Shown in pieces: positions 36,733 to 43,651 of a DNA stretch of 43,651 nucleotides. The notes beneath the pieces were generated by a model. It had not been told where the DNA came from, ran no database searches, and was given only the letters and a program-made list of their open reading frames with translations. The stretch covers positions 74,499,045 to 74,542,695 of the forward strand of contig NC_068982.1 in NCBI RefSeq assembly GCF_001194135.2, in the 5' to 3' direction. Numbering within the stretch: the stretch's first letter is position 1; the number at the start of each line of letters is the position of its first letter. Origin of the DNA: Octopus bimaculoides. Taxonomy: Eukaryota. Both the position numbers and the translations under genes were made by a program.

Positions 36733-36949
36733 GGTTATAAATAAATAGATAGAGAGAGAGGGGGGAAGATCTGGTGAATGTCTGGATAATTCGAGGATGG
36801 AACGCCAATTAGGTACATGCAAAAGGCTTAAGCACAGTAATAAAGATTTTAACTTTGGAAACAATCGTAACACTCCATACAACCGTGAGGGAACTAATAT
36901 TCATGAAAGCAACTATACCAACATAAGCAATATAAGTTGTGTAAACAAA

Positions 36950-37640
36950 TTAATTGAACAAGATTACGTAACACGAATACGACATAGCATGATGCTCCTT
37001 GTGGAATTCATGTAGCCACTGATATAACGGGAGTTTTTGAGTCATTGGACACATATTTTCTCATCTTTGGCAGATATAGAAATAGACATTCCATGAAGTT
37101 TGTATATTCTACTACACCAAATTTAGCAGATTGTATAGCGATTATTAAGAGTAAGAGACTGAATACAGTTAGAAATATTGAGCCTATGTTTATTTATTCA
37201 AGCAGTATAGACCAATCTGGGCCTATTGCAAATAATACACATCTGGTGCAAAAAGCTGTGGTGAAAGTAATGCAACATCTATTCTAAATAATACCACTAA
37301 CAATTAAAAAGTAAAGGTCTCCTATGACTATATACCTAATAAAATGCCTTAGGAATTATCTGATACATAGGGCTCGGTCAAAACGCCTGAGAATATCCAA
37401 TCTCATTTTATAGGCGGCTACTACTTCGAAATTCAAGACTAAAACACAAAGCTGTTTACTCTTTTACATAACAAATGAAAGAAAACTGAACTTCGTTGGC
37501 CAAGTTCATCTGTAGCCTCAATAGCAATAATATAGATTACTCCATTTCGTGATCTATCAAGAGGAGTTCTCTTCCTGACAAAGGAGGCGGCGACAGTTGT
37601 AATTTGTTCTTGGTAGACGCACAGAAAATTCTCACTTGGA
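36950..37640 (+). pseudogene. Penelope-like element 3' part: RT thumb/linker plus GIY-YIG endonuclease (decayed)
   Basis: RNRHSMKFVYSTTPNL (resembles FNRNTxKxSYSCxPN), KCLRNYLIHRA...FIG / TTSKFKT (resembles CL..IY.A...YIG.T..FK), TSLAKFICSLNSNNIDYSIS*SI...GGDSCNLFL (resembles LSKYIW.LK..W.I...CxLC). Confidence 0.72.
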
Positions 37641-37754
37641 GATCCAATTTAATTTTTTTTTAAATACAGTAAGTTATTAATTTGCTGTCCACACTCATTT
37701 AATAAAACTTTCTTAAAATTTTCACAAAAAGGTACTACATAAACAACTTGTATA

Positions 37755-37799
37755 CAGACAGACAGACAGACAGACAGAAAGACAGACAGATAGACAGAC

Positions 37800-37871
<72 letters not shown>

Positions 37872-37872
37872 T
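37755..37872. repeat. (GACA)n/(GATA)n microsatellite
   Basis: Direct reading of the sequence. Confidence 0.95.
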
Positions 37873-38449
37873 AGGTCATCCCATGAATAATACGGTTTTT
37901 TATACTCCTCTTATTTTTCAAAATAAGTTAAAGTTCATTTTTAAAATAAAATATACCCCACTCCATTTNNNNNNNNNNNNNNNNNNNNNNNNNNNNNNNN
38001 NNNNNNNNNNNNNNNNNNNNNNNNNNNNNNNNNNNNNNNNNNNNNNNNNNNNNNNNNNNNNNNNNNNNNNNNNNNNNNNNNNNNNNNNNNNNNNNNNNNN
38101 NNNNNNNNNNNNNNNNNNNNNNNNNNNNNNNNNNNNNNNNNNNNNNNNNNNNNNNNNNNNNNNNNNNNNNNNNNNNNNNNNNNNNNNNNNNNNNNNNNNN
38201 NNNNNNNNNNNNNNNNNNNNNNNNNNNNNNNNNNNNNNNNNNNNNNNNNNNNNNNNNNNNNNNNNNNNNNNNNNNNNNNNNNNNNNNNNNNNNNNNNNNN
38301 NNNNNNNNNNNNNNNNNNNNNNNNNNNNNNNNNNNNNNNNNNNNNNNNNNNNNNNNNNNNNNNNNNNNNNNNNNNNNNNNNNNNNNNNNNNNNNNNNNNN
38401 NNNNNNNNNNNNNNNNNNNNNATATATATATATATATAAAGAGAGAGGG

Positions 38450-39625
38450 GGGATCACTGTATCCCAGTATCGACCAGACTATCAGATGCTGTAATACATC
38501 GCTAGTCACAATGCATTCCCAATTCTTGATTGTGCCATTCTTTCCCATTTGGGTCCAAATCGTTTAATGAAATCTTCTTTCCATCGTTGTAGGAGCCTTC
38601 ACAGTGGCTTTTTCCCCCAATCTCTTGGATACCACAAGGTAGCTTCACGGGTCCACTTGTTGCTTGTGAACCTAGCGACATGTCTGACCCAGCGGAACTT
38701 GTACATTCAGTATTCTGCCGCCTCATTTCAGTTATGCTCTCACAATGATACACCTGGCATGGATCTTTTCATGGCCCTTTGCGTTGTAGACAATCGATGT
38801 TCTTCCCTTTTCGTAATAGCCCACGACTCGCTTGCTTATAAGAGCAAAGGTAGAACGCTGTCACTGAAGTATCTGGCGCGTCTGATCTTGTCCATCACAT
38901 CCCTTATTGAGGCAAATGCCTTCTGTCCTGGTCTCATTCTCTTCGAGATTTCAGCTTACCTCAGCGCATATTCACTGTGCCCTACGTAGACGTATTCCTT
39001 TACCTCCTCGATTTCATCGCTTCCCACTTCTATTCGACCTTGTGCTATGTCTCCAAACCTCATGTATTTTGCTTCCATGCGGCTTATTTCAAGGTCTGCT
39101 GCTGAAATACAGGTACCTAGCTCTGTCAGTATAATCTGCAGAAGATCTGTGGTTTCGGCAACGATTGTGATGTCATCTGCGAATCTCGCTGTCGACGTTC
39201 ACGCCACCTGTCCAGTCAATGTCTCTGATGACAATTTCTAGACATCCGTTGAAGAGTTTTGTTAAATTGGTGTCTACTGCTTTGACACTCTTCCCAATGG
39301 GAATCTTACTGATGAAGATAGCAGAGCTATATCAGTGGTACATCCAGAGTTTAAATCCCTGAGCAGTTTGGTGTATTATGTACATTGACACCTTGCAATT
39401 CTAGAGATTTCAGCAGTGCGATCATCTCGACGCTATCAAAAGCTTTTCTTAATCGACAAAAGGGAGGCACAGCTTGTATACTTTCTTTCGTTCTGTAAAC
39501 CGTGTTAGAACGAATATGTGATCCATCACACTGGAGTTCCTATGGAAACCTGCTTGCTCCCATGGCTGCTGGTTATCGAGATGTTTAGATAGTCTGGTGA
39601 CCATGACCTTTTTAAACAACTTTCA
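38450..39625 (-). pseudogene. RTE-clade LINE (RTE-1-like) RT domain to 3' end, decayed
   Basis: LDNQQPWEQAGFHRNSSVMDHIFVL, CLPFVD, ADDITIVAE, EEVKEYVYVG, ASESWA, KFRWVRHVAR, WYPRDW, with stops and frameshifts. Confidence 0.9.
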
Positions 39626-39712
39626 TGTATGTATGTATGTATGTATGTATGTATATGTGCAAATTCGTATGTCTTGTTTTATGTATGTATGCCTAGACAT
39701 GCTCATATACAC

Positions 39713-40140
39713 TTAAATGATAAACTTCTGGTAAGTTTTGCGGATATTTGCGGTTCCAGTGATGGCTTGGATCTGTAGTCTTCGAATCAGCTTTGTCCTT
39801 CCTGGTTTTGAGAAGCCTAATTTCTCAATATTGGTACTTAGCCAGAGTGTTACATATCCCAGTGCCCCACTAATTACAGTTATAAATCTGAACTTGTAAT
39901 CTGGATAGAACAGCTGTAGATTCATCACTAATTCAGCGTAGATATTTTCTTTTTCGCTGATCTTTATGCTAACATTCGTTGGGTAGTTGATTTCCACAAC
40001 TGTATTCAGTTACTCTTCTCTTATCCCAAATTACTATGTCAGATCTGTTATGATTACATTTTATTGAGGATTTCACTGGGACATTCCACCAGTATTTCTT
40101 TGAATTATGAGTGGCTATGGCTTCTACCATACTATAGGTT
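39713..40140 (-). pseudogene. R4/Dong-like restriction-like endonuclease (RLE) C-terminal fragment
   Basis: YWWNVPVKSSIKCNHNRSDIVIWDK / VVEINYP..KISEKENIY.EL...YKFRFITVISGALG...LGF...LQIQAITGT: PD-(D/E)xK-type C-terminus. Confidence 0.82.
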
Positions 40141-40739
40141 CTTGTGAGTGTATGCGTGCATGTATGTATGTATGTATGTATGTATGTATGTATGTATGTA
40201 TGTTTGTAATGTATGTAGGTACGTAAGTATGTGTGTATGTATGTATTTCCTGGATATGATTTTAAATTGCACCCGGTAGTGGAGCGCTAGTATGGGAGTT
40301 CAAGGGTTTTCAAGAGTGTGCATCCACGACTTAACCACTATTGTTCCCAAGTCTACTATTACCTGGAGTACTGGAATCTGTTACGGGGCCAGCTTTGGGT
40401 TAACTAGCATGTGAACTCATTAGAACTTCCTTCTAAGAAAAGGTAAACTCGCATTAAAAAAAACCCTGAAGAGTTGTTGATTTCTGGTCGTCTCAGCCAC
40501 TGTTGCGCAACTGGTTGTATAACTGATTGCACTGACTACTATGCAACACGTTACCCACTCAAAACAAATCCATACACAAAACTTCTTGGAATCTTGGAAT
40601 ATTTGCATGGACTTGATAATATTCCAAGTGGTCTTACTCCTTCACGAGTTGACTTCCACTGTGTGTATGCATGTATGTATGGATGGATCGAAAAAGAAGC
40701 ACAATTTAAAGAATAGAGTAATAATGTACATACACTTAA

Positions 40740-40926
40740 ATAGATGTCCGCTCGTAGAGTGACCAACGGTTTCGCATCCATAAAGTGCTGAACTTTATAG
40801 ACAACTCGTTAGACTTTAATAGCGGAAAGCATAATGCCCTCCGGCATTAGAATCTGACGAGTCGTCTATGAAGCTGAGCGCGTTATGGATGCGAAACCAT
40901 TGGCCACTCTATGACCGGGCATGTGT
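40740..40926. mobile_element. TTAA-flanked foldback MITE
   Basis: Arms 40744-40820 and 40846-40922 (about 14 mismatches in 77). The spacer also has symmetry. TTAA at 40736-40739 and 40927-40930. Confidence 0.8.
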
Positions 40927-40957
40927 TTAACTACATGTAAATATATATATATATATA

Positions 40958-40997
<40 letters not shown>

Positions 40998-41654
40998 NNN
41001 NNNNNNNNNNNNNNNNNNNNNNNNNNNNNNNNNNNNNNNNNNNNNNNNNNNNNNNNNNNNNNNNNNNNNNNNNNNNNNNNNNNNNNNNNNNNNNNNNNNN
41101 NNNNNNNNNNNNNNNNNNNNNNNNNNNNNNNNNNNNNNNNNNNNNNNNNNNNNNNNNNNNNNNNNNNNNNNNNNNNNNNNNNNNNNNNNNNNNNNNNNNN
41201 NNNNNNNNNNNNNNNNNNNNNNNNNNNNNNNNNNNNNNNNNNNNNNNNNNNNNNNNNNNNNNNNNNNNNNNNNNNNNNNNNNNNNNNNNNNNNNNNNNNN
41301 NNNNNNNNNNNNNNNNNNNNNNNNNNNNNNNNNNNNNNNNNNNNNNNNNNNNNNNNNNNNNNNNNNNNNNNNNNNNNNNNNNNNNNNNNNNNNNNNNNNN
41401 NNNNNNNNNNNNNNNNNNNNNNNNNNNNNNNNNNNNNNNNNNNNNNNNNNNNNNNNNNNNNNNNNNNNNNNNNNNNNNNNNNNNNNNNNNNNNNNNNNNN
41501 NNNNNNNNNNNNNNNNNNNNNNNNNNNNNNNNNNNNNNNNNNNNNNNNNNNNNNNNNNNNNNNNNNNNNNNNNNNNNNNNNNNNNNNNNNNNNNNNNNNN
41601 NNNNNNNNNNNNNNNNNNNNNNNNNNNNNNNNNNNNNNNNNNNNNNNNNNNNNN

Positions 41655-41718
<64 letters not shown>

Positions 41719-41932
41719 TGTATGTATGTATGTATGTATGTATACAAGCAAGCAAGTATGTATGAATGCACGAACGTATGTACGAATATATGTACTGTAT
41801 GTGTGTCTGTGTCTGTGTGTGTGTGCGTTCTTGGACACCGTCTCCTTTTAAACACGTATAACTTATGGAGGCAAACGCGACTGCTCACGTGGAAAGATAT
41901 ATTTGTAAATTGAGATGCAGATATATATACGT

Positions 41933-41972
<40 letters not shown>

Positions 41973-42959
41973 NNNNNNNNNNNNNNNNNNNNNNNNNNNN
42001 NNNNNNNNNNNNNNNNNNNNNNNNNNNNNNNNNNNNNNNNNNNNNNNNNNNNNNNNNNNNNNNNNNNNNNNNNNNNNNNNNNNNNNNNNNNNNNNNNNNN
42101 NNNNNNNNNNNNNNNNNNNNNNNNNNNNNNNNNNNNNNNNNNNNNNNNNNNNNNNNNNNNNNNNNNNNNNNNNNNNNNNNNNNNNNNNNNNNNNNNNNNN
42201 NNNNNNNNNNNNNNNNNNNNNNNNNNNNNNNNNNNNNNNNNNNNNNNNNNNNNNNNNNNNNNNNNNNNNNNNNNNNNNNNNNNNNNNNNNNNNNNNNNNN
42301 NNNNNNNNNNNNNNNNNNNNNNNNNNNNNNNNNNNNNNNNNNNNNNNNNNNNNNNNNNNNNNNNNNNNNNNNNNNNNNNNNNNNNNNNNNNNNNNNNNNN
42401 NNNNNNNNNNNNNNNNNNNNNNNNNNNNNNNNNNNNNNNNNNNNNNNNNNNNNNNNNNNNNNNNNNNNNNNNNNNNNNNNNNNNNNNNNNNNNNNNNNNN
42501 NNNNNNNNNNNNNNNNNNNNNNNNNNNNNNNNNNNNNNNNNNNNNNNNNNNNNNNNNNNNNNNNNNNNNNNNNNNNNNNNNNNNNNNNNNNNNNNNNNNN
42601 NNNNNNNNNNNNNNNNNNNNNNNNNNNNNNNNNNNNNNNNNNNNNNNNNNNNNNNNNNNNNNNNNNNNNNNNNNNNNNNNNNNNNNNNNNNNNNNNNNNN
42701 NNNNNNNNNNNNNNNNNGGTGGTGATGGTGATGTGTAAAACAGCAAAAGATATTGGCAAAGAAAAGAAAGGGAACGAAGTGAATGATTATTGTAATGGAA
42801 AGAAAAAAAGATGCAGTTAGAGGAACGACTTGGGAAAAATCGATAAAGAAAGGTAATTGGTATGGTAAAAGGAGGAGTGGACGGAATTGTAATTGGGGAG
42901 AGGTAGAATAGCTGGAGGGAGAGGGATGTAAGGAGAGTGAGGAAAGATGAGAGAGAAGA

Positions 42960-43090
42960 TGAGGGAATATGACGACAACGACGACGACGACGACGATGAT
43001 GATGATGATGAAGAAGAAGAAGAAGAAGAAGAAGAAGAAGAAGAAGAAGAAGAAGAAGAAGAAGAAGAAGAAGAAGAAGAAGAAGAAGAA
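42960..43090. repeat. (GAC)/(GAT)/(GAA)n compound trinucleotide repeat
   Basis: Direct reading. It is the source of the spurious poly-D/E/S/F ORFs. Confidence 0.95.
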
Positions 43091-43175
43091 TATAAGAGAG
43101 AAGAACATTGTAGCCTAACCCTTGTTTCAGATATGGTCACAGAGAGTGAAATTTGTGAGAGGAAGGGTTTAAGAC

Positions 43176-43352
43176 GATTACATCGACTCCAGTACTTCAC
43201 TGGTACTTTGTTTTATCAAAGTACTTTGTTTTATCAACCTCAAAAGATGGAGGAAAAAGTTGACCTCGGCGGGATTTGAACTCAGAACGTACAGGACTGA
43301 AGAAATGATACTAAGCGTTTCGTCTGATCTGCTGACAATTCTGTCGGGTTAC
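43176..43352 (-). mobile_element. SINE family B with an internal 18-bp duplication
   Basis: Reverse complement has cagaattgtcagc, gttctgagttcaaatcccgccgaggtcaac and ctggagtcgatgtaatc. gtactttgttttatcaa occurs twice (43203, 43221). Confidence 0.8.
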
Positions 43353-43651
43353 TGTGTCNNNNNNNNNNACACACACACACACACATATACACACACATAC
43401 ACACACACACACACATATGCACACACATACACACACACACACACACGCACACGTACACATTCGCACACGCGTGCAAACACAAATAGAAACAGCTGTCGGA
43501 AGTGGAGGTGATTGGACGTGCAAAATAAATCTTGAGCTGGAGTAGCGGGGAGAGATGATGAATGAGAGCAGGGAGAAATTGGGGAAGAGAAACAGAGAAG
43601 TAGAAAGATAGTAAGATTTACCGACAGAGAGAGGTGGTGGTGGTGGTGGTG

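Noticed and set aside
36990-37250. Minus-strand CR1-like RT reading (IPQGAS resembling GVPQGS)
   Set aside because: Motif spacing is inconsistent, and the plus strand gives a longer co-linear series of PLE motifs.
37536-37545. In-frame TGA in the PLE endonuclease read as selenocysteine
   Set aside because: It falls at a position where Trp is expected (one TGG-to-TGA change) in a copy with other stops and frameshifts, and no SECIS was seen.
21935-40140. R4 N-terminal (22k) and C-terminal (40k) fragments as one element
   Set aside because: Both are on the minus strand but in the wrong order (the C-terminus lies upstream), so they are separate insertions.
40240-40720. Continuation of the R4 ORF upstream of the RLE fragment
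   Set aside because: No CCHC knuckle or RT motif is recoverable in any frame, so it is left unclassified.
42817-43279. Acidic (poly-D/E) and poly-Ser ORFs
   Set aside because: They derive from the (GAC/GAT/GAA)n repeat plus a SINE on the opposite strand.

Overview
AT-rich, microsatellite-saturated eukaryotic genomic DNA with 17 N-gaps, most flanked by simple repeats. The repeat landscape resembles an octopus or other coleoid cephalopod draft assembly (inference, not verified). There is no intact protein-coding gene, and most entries in the ORF track are artefacts of microsatellites and N-runs. The window is mainly a graveyard of mobile elements. It holds about 20 tRNA-derived SINE copies in three families, four RTE-clade LINE fragments (one with a 5' inversion), a CR1-clade LINE 3' end, and two R4/Dong-clade fragments (N-terminal region and RLE endonuclease). 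It also holds two Penelope-like element (PLE) fragments (RT core; thumb plus GIY-YIG), a Tc1 transposase 3' end, a pogo/Tigger-like MITE and several foldback elements. The most notable signal is RNA-level. Four dispersed copies of a short pLTR-like element carry a minimal type-I hammerhead ribozyme motif, three of them with an extra-A core. Two further hammerhead-like remnants occur, one inside a decayed ~307-bp tandem array of retrozyme-like size. There is also an ~80-nt near-perfect hairpin, plus a few weak minus-strand candidate micro-exons of a possible host gene. Element boundaries are read by eye and are approximate.
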